DNA of 43,108 nt from Methanobacteriota archaeon (GCA_017857195.1 JAFMDM010000001.1:1-43108), one strand, 5' to 3'; counted from the first letter of the stretch, positions 10,405 through 21,028 are shown. Notes: a model not told the origin generated them from the letters alone. Translations and numbers: made by a program.

Positions 10405-11415
10405 TTAGGGTGATTTGGTTCCCCGAGCGGTCTCAGGGTCACGTATTATGGTTTCGTCTCTTGAGAACCTCATGACCCTCTTCAGCCTGATCCAAGTCTC
10501 CTGACCCTCCTTACGCTCCATGCCGGATTGGTCTAGCACCTTTATGGTTGCGTCACCCACCTTTATGTGCAGGATGGTGTTAACGCCCTGGTACTCCATA
10601 GCGGTTATGGTCCCCTTGATGCAGTCGTCGCATGTATCCACTACCTCTGCGTCCTCGGGCCTGAAGACTAGGAGCTGTGAATCCTTGGAGGGCAATGTGT
10701 TTATTGACCCCACGAATCCGGCCACAAACAATGTCCTAGGGCTACGATAGACCTCCTGTGGTGAGCCTTTCTGTTCCACCCTTCCATTATTCATCACCAC
10801 CATTTCGTCCGCGATCGCCATTGCTTCAGATTGATCGTGAGTGACGTGGAGGACGGTAATACCCAATTTCCTCTGGAGCGACTTCAGATATGACCTCAGC
10901 TCAACCCTAAGTTTAGCGTCCAGGTTGGAGAGCGGCTCGTCCAATAGAAGGATCTTCGGTTCCTTAACTATGGCCCTGGCCAGCGCAACTCGTTGCTGTT
11001 GTCCTCCAGACAGCTGCCTTGGATGCTTTGAGAGTAACTCCCCTATACCCAGTATGCGGGCCACCTCCTCCACTTTCCTCTCTATCTCAGCCCTGGGAAG
11101 TCCCTTCACCGTTAAGGGCACAGCTACGTTATCGAAAACGTTAAGGTGAGGATAGAGGGCGTAGTTCTGAAACACCAGTCCAATGTGTCTACTCCAAGGG
11201 GGACGCGCGGTTACGTCCTCACCGTCCAACAGGATCTTTCCCTCATCTACCCTTTCAAGTCCAGCTGTCACCCTGAGGAGAGTAGTCTTCCCCGCCCCAG
11301 AGGGTCCCAGAATAACGTTGTAGGTGGATTTCTGGAAGTCTAAACGTTCAACCTGTAGTACAGTGGTTTTACCGAAACGTTTAACCACGTTCGAGAAAGT
11401 TAAAACTGAGCTCAT
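10405..11415 (-). CDS. MalK-type sugar ABC transporter ATP-binding protein
   Basis: GPSGAGKTT, VFQNYALYPHL, LSGGQQQRVALARA, LLLDEPLSNLD and HVTHDQ. Confidence 0.93.
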   Translation of the reverse strand: MSSVLTFSNVVKRFGKTTVLQVERLDFQKSTYNVILGPSGAGKTTLLRVTAGLERVDEGKILLDGEDVTARPPWSRHIGLVFQNYALYPHLNVFDNVAVPLTVKGLPRAEIERKVEEVARILGIGELLSKHPRQLSGGQQQRVALARAIVKEPKILLLDEPLSNLDAKLRVELRSYLKSLQRKLGITVLHVTHDQSEAMAIADEMVVMNNGRVEQKGSPQEVYRSPRTLFVAGFVGSINTLPSKDSQLLVFRPEDAEVVDTCDDCIKGTITAMEYQGVNTILHIKVGDATIKVLDQSGMERKEGQETWIRLKRVMRFSRDETIIRDPETARGTKSP

Positions 11416-13151
11416 CCCTTGAATCCTCCTACCCTATACATCTTGTCCAATCTATTCCTCATGAAGTAAAGTAGGGCGATAGCTGGAATTAGGCTTACGA
11501 TAGAGGAGGCCGCCAGCTCGCCGTAGTGAACTGATTCGTGGCCCAAAGTGGCCCCAATAAATATGGAGAAGGTTTGGGCCCCGAAGGGAGGAAAAGTCAT
11601 GTTGAAGGGAGAGTATGTCAACACCAGTGGGAATATTAGGGCTCCCCACGATATTAGGAAGGAGTAGAGTGCAGCTATGGCCACTACGTCTAAGCTGGAG
11701 GGAAGAATCATCCTGAAGAACGCTGAGAAGGTGTTCATTCCATCCACTTGGGCGGCTTCATCAACGTGAGCGGGGAAGTTCCTGTAGAAATTATAGCATA
11801 TCCATATCACAACCGGTAACACGAAGACAGGATAAGAAAGGATCAGGGCCCACCACGTGTTGACCAACCCGATTGCGTTCATTATCTGATATATGGGGAG
11901 CATAAAGATGATGGCTGGAAGGGAGTAGAGAAAGAGGATGAAGGTAAGGAACGTCCTGCCGCCAAAGCCGTGTCTGGCCATGGCATATGCTGCAGGTGCA
12001 CCAAGCAGGACAGTAATGAGGAGTACACCCGCGCCAACCGCAAGGCTTGATATAAGGTACGGTAGCCCCTGAGTGAATGCGTTGACGTAGTGTTGAAGGG
12101 TCGGCGTAAGAGTCAGAATCACTGGAGGTATATTGAAAACTTGAGCTGAAGGCTTAATGGACTCCAAGAGGATCCAGCCTATGGGGAAGAGAAGGAAGGC
12201 AGCGTAAATCACAAGGACAACTCCAACCATCCACCTTGGCGATGACCTATTTGGAAACTTGGAGCCTATCCTCTGCCACCTCGATCTCCTTGGCTCCCCA
12301 CTTAACATTGCCCTTACGAAGAGATAAGCGAGGACTGTGGAGAGGCCGCTCATGATTAGGATTAACACGGCCGCGTATCCAATTATACCACCGAAGAACT
12401 GCTGATAGGAGTAGTAAGCCAAGTCCACTGCGGTCATGGGTGGCATCTGTCCCTCAGTCACGAATATTGGATCGAAGGTGAACGCGGCGAATATGAGCGT
12501 TAATACCAGAGCGGTAAGGATGTTAGGTGAAGAGTATGGGAGATCCACCTGCATGAACTTCCTCATTCCCACCAGGCCATCGACGCTGGAGGCCTCCTCC
12601 ACTTCCTTGGGTATGGATTTCAATCCTGCATATATTATGAGCGTTGCCAAGGGCAAACTCTCCCAGACGTCCATTATCACTATCATCCAAATACTGGTGA
12701 ACCAATTTATCCTCGCGAAGTAGTAGACTGGACCGTAGAAAGGATTCAATGAGAGTTCCCAGGCCACGGCTGCGGTGACAAACGGAATGAACGATGGAAT
12801 CATGAAGAGGAGAAGAAGCACCTTGGAGTCTATCCTCTTCAGGATGGACGCTAAAGGCATGGCTAGGGCTAGGTCTATGAGAGGAACAGTTATCATGTAT
12901 ATGAGGGTGTTTGTGATGACCTTACCAATGAAGGGATCAGTGGTGAGGTCTAGGTAGTTTGAAATCCCAGCCCACACTAAGGCACCGCTTTGAGTCTCCC
13001 TTTGAAAAGTAAGTATAATGTTCCCTATTATTGGATAGACGGTGAACACCAGGAAATACACTAGTGCCGGCAACGCCAGGGCTGCGGTCCACCTATCTAT
13101 CCTGACACTCGTCAGAGTACCACCTGTTGTTGCTCTATATAAGTCATCCAC
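11412..13151 (-). CDS. Carbohydrate ABC transporter permease, two fused permease domains (start uncertain)
   Basis: Two EAA loops (IPKEVEEASSVDG; FPAHVDEAAQVDG). Paralog of 3214-4851. Confidence 0.87.
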   Translation of the reverse strand: MDDLYRATTGGTLTSVRIDRWTAALALPALVYFLVFTVYPIIGNIILTFQRETQSGALVWAGISNYLDLTTDPFIGKVITNTLIYMITVPLIDLALAMPLASILKRIDSKVLLLLFMIPSFIPFVTAAVAWELSLNPFYGPVYYFARINWFTSIWMIVIMDVWESLPLATLIIYAGLKSIPKEVEEASSVDGLVGMRKFMQVDLPYSSPNILTALVLTLIFAAFTFDPIFVTEGQMPPMTAVDLAYYSYQQFFGGIIGYAAVLILIMSGLSTVLAYLFVRAMLSGEPRRSRWQRIGSKFPNRSSPRWMVGVVLVIYAAFLLFPIGWILLESIKPSAQVFNIPPVILTLTPTLQHYVNAFTQGLPYLISSLAVGAGVLLITVLLGAPAAYAMARHGFGGRTFLTFILFLYSLPAIIFMLPIYQIMNAIGLVNTWWALILSYPVFVLPVVIWICYNFYRNFPAHVDEAAQVDGMNTFSAFFRMILPSSLDVVAIAALYSFLISWGALIFPLVLTYSPFNMTFPPFGAQTFSIFIGATLGHESVHYGELAASSIVSLIPAIALLYFMRNRLDKMYRVGGFKG

Positions 13152-14584
13152 TCCCTTGCGGCCGTATTTAGTACGGCCATGGCATCTGTGTTCTGACCTA
13201 TGAGATAGTTGTACACCTGCTGGTTGAACTCTGGAATGAGGGTCGCAGAGAATGTTGATATCCTCGGTACAACGGCGGCCAGCCTAGGGGGTATCTCAGC
13301 GGTCTTCAAGAATGTCAGGAAAGGTGAGAGCCATGAGAGGTTAGGGTTGTGGGTTGCCTCCGCTATCCCAGTATAGGTGCTTGGAACGTATCCCAATTGT
13401 TCTATTCCCTTCTCGTACTCCTGGTCAGATAGGGCGAACGCTATGAATTGGGCTGCCACCTTGGGATCGGGGCCATATGGATTAATTCCTAGGAAAGTCG
13501 GGGCCAACCCCGTGGTCTGTCCGGGCAGAAGGGCTATTCCTAAGTTTCCAGCTATTTTGGATACGGAGGAGTTCTCGTAAATAGGAATGAAGCTGGTCCA
13601 GGCTATGAACATGGCGTAGTCTCCCGTGAGCGGGAAGTGCTCCTGTTGATCGTAACCTATTGGCTGAACGGTGGGAGACGGTTCAAATTGGACCAGTTTC
13701 TTCCATATTTGAAGTGCCTGAACTCCCGCGCTGCTATTGAAAGTTGTGGTCCATTGTCCGTTGATGTAAGCAAAATAGGAGTAGAAGCCTGGCGGTGCCG
13801 GGGTATAGCCAGGAGTGTGATCCTGTTGTTCATAATACGCTATCAGAGGCGCAGCCATGTCTATTATTGCGTGATGGGGACTGTCAGGAATGAGTAGAGC
13901 GTACTCGGCCGCGTGGGTTTGATTTATGAATGATGCCAGATCGTAGAGCTGTGTCCAGGAGGTCAGATTCTGTGGACTGAAGGGGAAACCATACTCCGAC
14001 TGAAACTGTTGTGCTAGGGTGGAGTTTTCAAATATGCTCTTTTGGTATCCCAAAACATAACCAAACACGCTGTGTATGGGTACACCTACTATGGATATGA
14101 CGGATCCGTTGGCCGCGTAATAATAACCGCCTGCCTGCATTTCAGAGGTGATCAGATTCGAACCATTGATTATGGGGTCTGACCCGTTCATGAATTGCTC
14201 CAGGTTCATGAGGTAGGGCGCCTCATCCGGAGCCTGCGAAGGATAGTACATTATTATCGCCGGTTGGGACGCCTTGTTCTTGAGGGTCGTTAAGGCCTGG
14301 GTTACCATGTCGCTGAAGCCCACAGGCTCTATGTTTATGATCACGTTGGGATGAAGTGCGTGAAAGTCGTTGGCCACGATGGACAGATACTGTTGCGTCT
14401 CACTACCACTGTCCACCATGATTGTGAGGGTCACCGGTTTCGCTGCAACTGCAGTGTGGGAGGCGTAGTAGGCGTAACTTCCTCCTCCTGCTATGATTAT
14501 AATCACTACTATTAGGATAACTAGAGAGGTTCTACCTATTCCCCTCCTTGAGGAAGAATATGCTTTTCTCACAGGAATAGTCAT
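13112..14584 (-). CDS. Carbohydrate ABC transporter solute-binding protein with class III signal peptide
   Basis: SSSRRG|IGRTSLVILIVVIIII N-terminus, FNSSAGVQAL. Paralog of 4856-6241. Confidence 0.87.
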   Translation of the reverse strand: MTIPVRKAYSSSRRGIGRTSLVILIVVIIIIAGGGSYAYYASHTAVAAKPVTLTIMVDSGSETQQYLSIVANDFHALHPNVIINIEPVGFSDMVTQALTTLKNKASQPAIIMYYPSQAPDEAPYLMNLEQFMNGSDPIINGSNLITSEMQAGGYYYAANGSVISIVGVPIHSVFGYVLGYQKSIFENSTLAQQFQSEYGFPFSPQNLTSWTQLYDLASFINQTHAAEYALLIPDSPHHAIIDMAAPLIAYYEQQDHTPGYTPAPPGFYSYFAYINGQWTTTFNSSAGVQALQIWKKLVQFEPSPTVQPIGYDQQEHFPLTGDYAMFIAWTSFIPIYENSSVSKIAGNLGIALLPGQTTGLAPTFLGINPYGPDPKVAAQFIAFALSDQEYEKGIEQLGYVPSTYTGIAEATHNPNLSWLSPFLTFLKTAEIPPRLAAVVPRISTFSATLIPEFNQQVYNYLIGQNTDAMAVLNTAAREWMTYIEQQQVVL

Positions 14585-14679
14585 GCAGTGAGGGATATAA
14601 AAATTCTGACATTTTAGAGTACGTAACCTAAATAGAGTATATAGCTCAGAGATTTATTGGGGAGATAGGTCCATATTCC

Positions 14680-15780
14680 ATGCTGAAACCGGACTACCGT
14701 GGAGGGAAGAACATATATTCCGTAGCCCAGGGTGTGGCCAACTTCCTGGGAGTGAAGAGAGGGAACGGTAAGCCCCTTGAGTTGAGCGGGAGGAGACTTG
14801 TGTTGGTCTTATTGGACGGATTGGGTTGGTCTACCATGACCAGATCATCCTTCAGACCTCCAGCTGGAGCCTCATTGGAGAAGTTCACCACTGTATTTCC
14901 GTCCACAACATCCACTGTTTTGACCACCCTATTCACCGCCCAGACCCCTGGAGAGCATGGGGTGCTAGGTTACACCTGTTTTTCCAAGAGGGTCGGATCC
15001 ACTGTCATTCCCGTGAAATATACCTTCTCAGGCCTTGGGGAGAGGGATACCCTGAAAGATCTTGGACCCTTTGAATCTCTCTTTCCAGGGGCGAAGCCAT
15101 ATCTAGGGGAAGCAAGCGCCAAGGCCGTAGCTTTACTGCCGCGGGGAATAGAGGGAAGTGGCTTCAATTCTGCCATGCTTAAGGGGGCTGAGGTTAGGGG
15201 ATACTCAGGACATTGGGACGCATTTCAGTCCTTGGACTATGTTCTCCAGATCAGGGAATATCAGTTCGTTTATCTCTACATCTCGGACGTAGATTTTCTT
15301 TCCCACAAACATGGCCCCCTGTCCTGGGCCGCCATATCTTCCGCCTCAGAGTTGCTCTCATTAACTGCAGGACTGGCGGAAAGGTACAAAGAGTACACGT
15401 TCTTGGTCACAGCCGACCATGGACATGTGGACTCCAAGAAGGTAAATCTAAATGAAGACTCGGAGTTACTCAACAACCTGGACGTACCCCCTTATGGAGA
15501 CTCAAGGGCCCTCTTCCTAAGGACCAGACAGCCCGTAAGGGCTTACCTTGAGTCCAGGTATCCACAGCTTAAGGTTTTCCAAAGGGATAGCTTTCCCGAG
15601 CTTTTCGGAGGAGTGGGACCAGCGACCGACCTTCCAGACTACGTGGCTGTACCAACGGATCAGTCAGCGTTCCTCTTCTCCCCTAAACTCAACGATCCAG
15701 AGTATCAGTCATTGAGAGGCCATCACGGAGGATTAATGGAGGACGAACTTGAGATTCCCGTGATAAAGTTCAACGCGTGA
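14680..15780 (+). CDS. Alkaline phosphatase superfamily type I phosphodiesterase / nucleotide pyrophosphatase
   Basis: LLDGLG, VFPSTT (Thr nucleophile), [19 protein letters not shown] and GHHGG metal motifs. Confidence 0.88.
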   Translation: MLKPDYRGGKNIYSVAQGVANFLGVKRGNGKPLELSGRRLVLVLLDGLGWSTMTRSSFRPPAGASLEKFTTVFPSTTSTVLTTLFTAQTPGEHGVLGYTCFSKRVGSTVIPVKYTFSGLGERDTLKDLGPFESLFPGAKPYLGEASAKAVALLPRGIEGSGFNSAMLKGAEVRGYSGHWDAFQSLDYVLQIREYQFVYLYISDVDFLSHKHGPLSWAAISSASELLSLTAGLAERYKEYTFLVTADHGHVDSKKVNLNEDSELLNNLDVPPYGDSRALFLRTRQPVRAYLESRYPQLKVFQRDSFPELFGGVGPATDLPDYVAVPTDQSAFLFSPKLNDPEYQSLRGHHGGLMEDELEIPVIKFNA

Positions 15781-15781
15781 G

Positions 15782-16675
15782 GTGGGAAGCTTGTCAAAAA
15801 AGGAGATATACGTGGCCTATGGGGTTGATGTTGACGCCGTCGCGGGTTGGTTAGGATCCTATGGAGGACAGGACTCTCCCCATGACATATCCAGGGGGGT
15901 CTTCGCAGGTGAGGTCGGCATACCTAGGTTACTCAAACTGTTCAGGAAATATGGAATAAGAACTACCTGGTTCATCCCCGGTCACTCAATTGAGACATTC
16001 AGATCCCAGGTGGAGGAAGTGGTGAAGGAAGAACACGAGGTGGGAACCCACGGCTATTCTCATGAGAACCCAGTTAAACTATCCCAAGAACAGGAGGAAG
16101 AGGTACTGAAGAAATCCTACGAATTGGTCAAGGAGCTTCAGGGGAAACCGCCTGTAGGGCATACTGCACCGTGGTGGGAGATGTCCCAGAATACCGTACC
16201 CTTATTGCTCAAATATGGCTACAGGTACGACAGAAGTATGGCGGACAATGACTTTCTTCCCTTCTACGCCAGAGTGGGTAGGAGCTGGACCAAGGTGGAC
16301 TACACTAAGCCCGCCAAGGAATGGATGAAGCCGGCAAATCTGGGTACCCCGGTTGACCTGGTTGAATTCAGCGCAAACTGGTACCTCGACGACCTCCCAC
16401 CCATGATGTTCGTGAAGGCCTCACCCAACAGCTACGGCTTCACCAACCCCCACGACATAGAACAAATTTGGAGGGAACAATTCGAATACCTATATAGGGA
16501 GTATGACTACGGTGTGTTTCCCCTGACAATACATCCCGACGTCAGTGGAAGGGGAGACGTCCTACTAATGCATGAGAGGCTAATTGAGTACTTTAGGAGG
16601 CATGACGGTGTGGAATTTCGCACCTACCATGAATTGGCGGAGGACTTCAGAAGGAGATTCCCTATGTCCCCCTGA
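15782..16675 (+). CDS. Polysaccharide deacetylase (CE4), HpPgdA/PuuE-like subfamily
   Basis: [39 protein letters not shown] and TIHPDVSGR. Confidence 0.88.
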   Translation: MGSLSKKEIYVAYGVDVDAVAGWLGSYGGQDSPHDISRGVFAGEVGIPRLLKLFRKYGIRTTWFIPGHSIETFRSQVEEVVKEEHEVGTHGYSHENPVKLSQEQEEEVLKKSYELVKELQGKPPVGHTAPWWEMSQNTVPLLLKYGYRYDRSMADNDFLPFYARVGRSWTKVDYTKPAKEWMKPANLGTPVDLVEFSANWYLDDLPPMMFVKASPNSYGFTNPHDIEQIWREQFEYLYREYDYGVFPLTIHPDVSGRGDVLLMHERLIEYFRRHDGVEFRTYHELAEDFRRRFPMSP

Positions 16676-17012
16676 GGTAGGAATCCCTTCCCTCCAACCA
16701 GTCCCTACGGATGGGACTAAATATATCCACCTCCTCAGTGTCCTCAATGGCAGTTGCCGCATGGGGGACGTTGGAAGGTATTGGTAGTACCTGACCCTCC
16801 CCTACCACTATCTTTCTTCCCTGAATTTGGAACTCCAGGGCCCCCTTGAAAACCCAGGTGATTTGCTCGCTCTCATGGTGATGTTCTGGAACGAAGGTAC
16901 CCTTCCTCAAGAAAAGCTTAGCCACCATCACGTTGTTCAGATAAATTAGCCTTCTTGATATGTTTGGGGAAACCCATTCCTCCTTCACTTCATCCCAATT
17001 TATTTGCTGCAT
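16662..17012 (-). CDS. Cupin domain protein
   Basis: PEHHHESEQ...G and IPSNVPH cupin motifs, DIFSPIR C-terminus. Confidence 0.88.
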   Translation of the reverse strand: MQQINWDEVKEEWVSPNISRRLIYLNNVMVAKLFLRKGTFVPEHHHESEQITWVFKGALEFQIQGRKIVVGEGQVLPIPSNVPHAATAIEDTEEVDIFSPIRRDWLEGRDSYLRGT

Positions 17013-17126
17013 AGAGAGAGATTGTTGGTTTAGGTTAAAAATGCTCTTTAGGTGTAGGAGTAAACGTGGAAAGCCTCGCTCTTGAAGGAGGACAGGAGTA
17101 GGATTGTTCTCCCAGGAGACCTCGCA

Positions 17127-17861
17127 TTAACTTTCTCTCCATCTAGAGAATTTTATGGCCAAGGCCGAATAAACGAGGGTCTCCACCACTAGGACCACCA
17201 GTGGGGTAATGTAGGAGCCATTCCATAAGCCGAACTGAGATTGAAGTATTAAGGCAGCAGGAGTTGACGGAGCCAGCATAAGTGGATATATGAGGGAGGG
17301 AGATAGCACGGAGGCTGGATAGTATAGGGGTGGTATGATGGTGAAGGCAACGGATAGGAAGCCCGCCAGTCCCCATGCGTATCTGACGTGTTTAAGCAGG
17401 CTGGCTATGAGGAAGGATAAAGAGGAGGACGATATCATGATCAATAATATTGAGAAAAGGGTCCAAAGAGAGTTCAACAGCGTGAACATGTGGTACACCT
17501 CCCCCAACGCAACATATGTTGCCACGCCCGGAACGGAGAAGATGAGGTTACCAAGAGTTAGTCCAAGGAGGTAATCAAGTGAGTTGACCTGGGTGGCCAC
17601 CACAAGATCCTGTAGCTTTATTTCCAATCTAAGAAACGCAAAGTCCCCTATCGACGTTAGGGAGTTTCCCACAATTGTGGCCAGCAATCCGCCAAGCACC
17701 GCATATTGAATTAGGGCTCCCTTGGATATAACGTATATGAGAAACAGGAGGGATAGGGGACTGACCATGTATGAAAGGACGTAAACAGGGCCTCTCTTAA
17801 GAGCCGAGTAACCGTAGAACCAAGCAAGTGAGGCGATGAACCTAGTTCTCCTGTAACCCAT
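17127..17861 (-). CDS. ABC-2 type exporter permease
   Basis: 244 aa with about six TM segments, PPLYYP motif, overlaps the ATPase stop. Confidence 0.82.
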   Translation of the reverse strand: MGYRRTRFIASLAWFYGYSALKRGPVYVLSYMVSPLSLLFLIYVISKGALIQYAVLGGLLATIVGNSLTSIGDFAFLRLEIKLQDLVVATQVNSLDYLLGLTLGNLIFSVPGVATYVALGEVYHMFTLLNSLWTLFSILLIMISSSSLSFLIASLLKHVRYAWGLAGFLSVAFTIIPPLYYPASVLSPSLIYPLMLAPSTPAALILQSQFGLWNGSYITPLVVLVVETLVYSALAIKFSRWRES

Positions 17862-18666
17862 AGAGAACGAAAAGGTCGTCCAGGCTTATAGGCTTGATTA
17901 CGTATCCATCGCCAACCAGCTGTTTTGCCTTTTCCCTATCTAGGTAGGATATTGTTGTTCTACCAACCCTGTAGCCGTCTCCAAAGCCCTCCACCCTCAC
18001 CTTGCCTTCTAGGGGCTTAAGTAGAGTTGACGACGTGCCCGTGGCCACAACTCTACCCTGATGCATGAGAACTATCTCCTTGGATAGCTCCTCGGCCTCC
18101 TCCATGTAGTGTGTGGTAAGTACGACCTGCGCCTTGAGATTCTTTACCACCGACCACACCTCCATCCTCGAAAGCGGATCCAGCCCAGTTGTCGGCTCGT
18201 CCAAGAACACTACGTCTGCATTTGAAGCCAGAGCCATGGCCACAAACACCTTCCTCTTCATTCCTCCAGACAGCTCATCGCAGGGTTTATCCTTGAACTC
18301 CCAAAGGCCGACCTCCTTGAGGCTGGCCCTGGCGGACTGGAAGGATTCCTTGAATGACATCCCCCTGGCCGTAAGGTACATGACCACATGTTCCAGCGGA
18401 CTGGCCATACCCGCCGGCTTTGCCTCCTGTGGGATACTGCATACTATTGCTCTAACCTTATTGGCTTCCTTCACCACATCGAAGCCATTCACCAGGGCCA
18501 GGCCTGAGGTGGGGGAGAGCTGAGTGGAGAGTACGCGCATCAAAGTGGTCTTTCCAGCCCCGTTCCTCCCCACTATGGTAAGTACAGGAGCGTTGGATGA
18601 GAAGGTTAGCCCCTTTAAGGCCTCAAAATCGTCGTAACTCTTCCTTAGGTCCCTGACCTCTATCAT
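17842..18666 (-). CDS. ABC exporter ATP-binding protein (DrrA/NodI-like)
   Basis: [27 protein letters not shown] and [10 protein letters not shown]. Start placed at ATG 18666 (MIEVRDL). Confidence 0.92.
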   Translation of the reverse strand: MIEVRDLRKSYDDFEALKGLTFSSNAPVLTIVGRNGAGKTTLMRVLSTQLSPTSGLALVNGFDVVKEANKVRAIVCSIPQEAKPAGMASPLEHVVMYLTARGMSFKESFQSARASLKEVGLWEFKDKPCDELSGGMKRKVFVAMALASNADVVFLDEPTTGLDPLSRMEVWSVVKNLKAQVVLTTHYMEEAEELSKEIVLMHQGRVVATGTSSTLLKPLEGKVRVEGFGDGYRVGRTTISYLDREKAKQLVGDGYVIKPISLDDLFVLYGLQEN

Positions 18667-19138
18667 AGATCCAATTTGAACCGACCACAAAATAAGTTGA
18701 GTGATCCTCTTCCTCATGTCCCATGTCGTGACCTATGTAGGTTATTGAAATATTCACTTGGTTCTGGAGCTCCTGTGGGCTCAGATTTGTTCTGGCACTC
18801 AGAAACACTGTCACCTCATAGTAACCACTATCCAACCTAATTACTTGATGTAGATGATGGATATCCAAGCTCACCGTCTTTCCATCTCCCTCCCTTGTGA
18901 AAAGAATCAAAATGTGGACTTGAGATAAGACAGAGCTATTCCAAGAGGCACTAATCACGTAGAACCCACTATGCTGAACTTGGAAGGGGAAGGACCAACT
19001 ATAGGAGCTCTGGGCCGAGGTATGTGAAGTACCTGGTATCAACTGGGCCCCAAGGGGAGAAGTCCTAATGAGTGCGAATGCCAATACTCCACTGGCCGCC
19101 AGAGCAATTAGGAAAAAAATCAGAAGTGTTGATTTCAA
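18623..19138 (-). CDS. Exported/membrane-anchored beta-rich hypothetical protein with His/Glu-rich segment
   Basis: N-terminal hydrophobic signal [26 protein letters not shown], similarity to the upstream neighbour. Overlaps the ATPase start by 44 bp. Confidence 0.72.
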   Translation of the reverse strand: MKSTLLIFFLIALAASGVLAFALIRTSPLGAQLIPGTSHTSAQSSYSWSFPFQVQHSGFYVISASWNSSVLSQVHILILFTREGDGKTVSLDIHHLHQVIRLDSGYYEVTVFLSARTNLSPQELQNQVNISITYIGHDMGHEEEDHSTYFVVGSNWIYDRGQGPKEELRRF

Positions 19139-19152
19139 TTTACACCCCCATT

Positions 19153-19701
19153 TTAGCTGGACTCGTCGCCCTGATTATCGTCATTTCCCTGTTGATTTCC
19201 TACTCCATTATCGTGGTCATGGCCGTGTCCAACAGGGTGAAGTATTAGGAAAGGCAAGTTTGTGACATTGGAAGGACCTTGAGGTTGCTGTGCTACCTGG
19301 TAGTAAAGTACTATATTTATATTATATGTTCCGTTACTTAGGTAAAATACTGCTGAATGTAGCCCCTCCGGTGATAGAACAACTTGATTGTCACCTATGT
19401 ATACTATTATAGTAAAGCTAGAGAATAGATTATCAAAGAGTTCAGAATGCAGCAGATTGATCGAATAGTTGCCTGAATGTGTTAAAGTGATGGTAGCGTT
19501 AGTTGTATAATTACCCTTCTGTCCTGCACTGAGGTTTCCTAGGTTTAGATAGGTGGGGATTATGGTTACCTGTTGCTCACTGGCTGACGGAATATGAAAA
19601 GAAATGTAAGCCAGTGGGCCGTATCCCATTACGCCTGCGGCTGTTGCTCCCGCGCCCGCTCCCAGAAGGAGGAGGGCGATTCCGAGTAGAGTTGTTTTCA
19701 T
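19153..19701 (-). CDS. Exported beta-rich hypothetical protein with His/Asp/Asn-rich tail
   Basis: Signal MKTTLLGIALLLLGAGAGA, several N-x-S/T sequons, tail HPVGHGHDHDNGVGNQQGNDDNQGDESS. Confidence 0.8.
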   Translation of the reverse strand: MKTTLLGIALLLLGAGAGATAAGVMGYGPLAYISFHIPSASEQQVTIIPTYLNLGNLSAGQKGNYTTNATITLTHSGNYSINLLHSELFDNLFSSFTIIVYIGDNQVVLSPEGLHSAVFYLSNGTYNINIVLYYQVAQQPQGPSNVTNLPFLILHPVGHGHDHDNGVGNQQGNDDNQGDESS

Positions 19702-19895
19702 GTTTCTCTGATGGTCTACTATGCGTTTTCCACCTTATAAGGATGACAAGCGGAACGAAATATAAATTCACATTTCACTGAGCGGAATTTCAGTTATTTG
19801 TATCTCAAGATGATAGCAAGGAAGTTTCTCCCACATTATATAGTGATTTTGAGAAAATCCATATTAAATTTGGGCTAACTTTCCAATTAACAATA

Positions 19896-21005
19896 TTAGG
19901 AAGGTTTCGCTATCTCTTTTCTAAAGAGGTAAATGAAAACCATAAGTGACGCGGTATATATGATGCCCAGGAGCTCGAAGGAGAGATAAAGATTGCCCTC
20001 AGAGAAGAGGTATCCTGACACTGAGGGACCTGCTACCCTTATGTAAGAGTTAATTGTATCCAAGAAACTGTCTGCTCTAGCTATCTCCTCTTTACTCACG
20101 GAGCTTGTAAGCATTGTTAAAATTATTGGATTGGTAAGATTAGAAAGTACATTCCTGATCAGATAGAGGGATACCGCTATGGGGACTAAAGGTGAGAAAG
20201 GCATGAGGACGGTGCTTAGTGTCTGAAATGAAAACATGACTGCCACGGACCTGGCGCCACCGAACTTTTGTCTAATTGTGGGAGCCAATTGTAACATACC
20301 CGCAACCACTACGGAGGATATTATAGATATAATTGATATGATCTCCTTGTTTAAATCATACCTCAGATGCCACCATAGGGAGAACAAAGGCAAAACTAGC
20401 CCAGCACCGAACCCTATTATCCATTGAAAGGTGAATCTGGAAACCTTTCCTATGGAGGGTATTCCGAGCTCCAGTCTTCCGGTACCCCTATAATCCTCTC
20501 TGATTGAGGCGAAGAGAGCCGCTGAAGCCAGTAGTACTAAGATTTCCAATTGAAAAACTAGAGAATAGGGGAGAAAACCGGTCATGAGGTAACCTGCTAC
20601 TCCAAGAAGTATTGCAGTGGTTGAGGCGACACTGAAGGCCCTGGTTCTGTCCTCCGCTTTCTCCACTAACAGTGCTGTGATTGTGCCTCCCTTACCGAAG
20701 GTGAAAAAAATAGGAAATAAATAGTAAATTTTAGCATAGTAGAATATGGCGACAAGGACCGCATAAAGAAGAGAGAGGGAAGTGATCGACTTTCTCCTTC
20801 CCCACGCGTCGCCGGCAGCTGAGAAAAAGTAAACCATGGTGGAATTAATTAAGTAACCTAACGAATAGAGGACACCGATCAGAAAGGGTGATAGCCCCTT
20901 AGATAGAAAGAAGAGTGGTATCGCAACGCTGTTGGCGCTGGAGCAAAGGGCCGGTAATCCAAACGCCAGCGCAAGGATTAGGACTTCCCGCCTCAACGAA
21001 TACAT
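19896..21005 (-). CDS. MFS transporter
   Basis: GDAWGRRK motif A and about 12 TM segments. Start placed at ATG 21005. Confidence 0.82.
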   Translation of the reverse strand: MYSLRREVLILALAFGLPALCSSANSVAIPLFFLSKGLSPFLIGVLYSLGYLINSTMVYFFSAAGDAWGRRKSITSLSLLYAVLVAIFYYAKIYYLFPIFFTFGKGGTITALLVEKAEDRTRAFSVASTTAILLGVAGYLMTGFLPYSLVFQLEILVLLASAALFASIREDYRGTGRLELGIPSIGKVSRFTFQWIIGFGAGLVLPLFSLWWHLRYDLNKEIISIISIISSVVVAGMLQLAPTIRQKFGGARSVAVMFSFQTLSTVLMPFSPLVPIAVSLYLIRNVLSNLTNPIILTMLTSSVSKEEIARADSFLDTINSYIRVAGPSVSGYLFSEGNLYLSFELLGIIYTASLMVFIYLFRKEIAKPS

Positions 21006-21028
21006 GATGACTTCTTTTCTAAAAAAGA

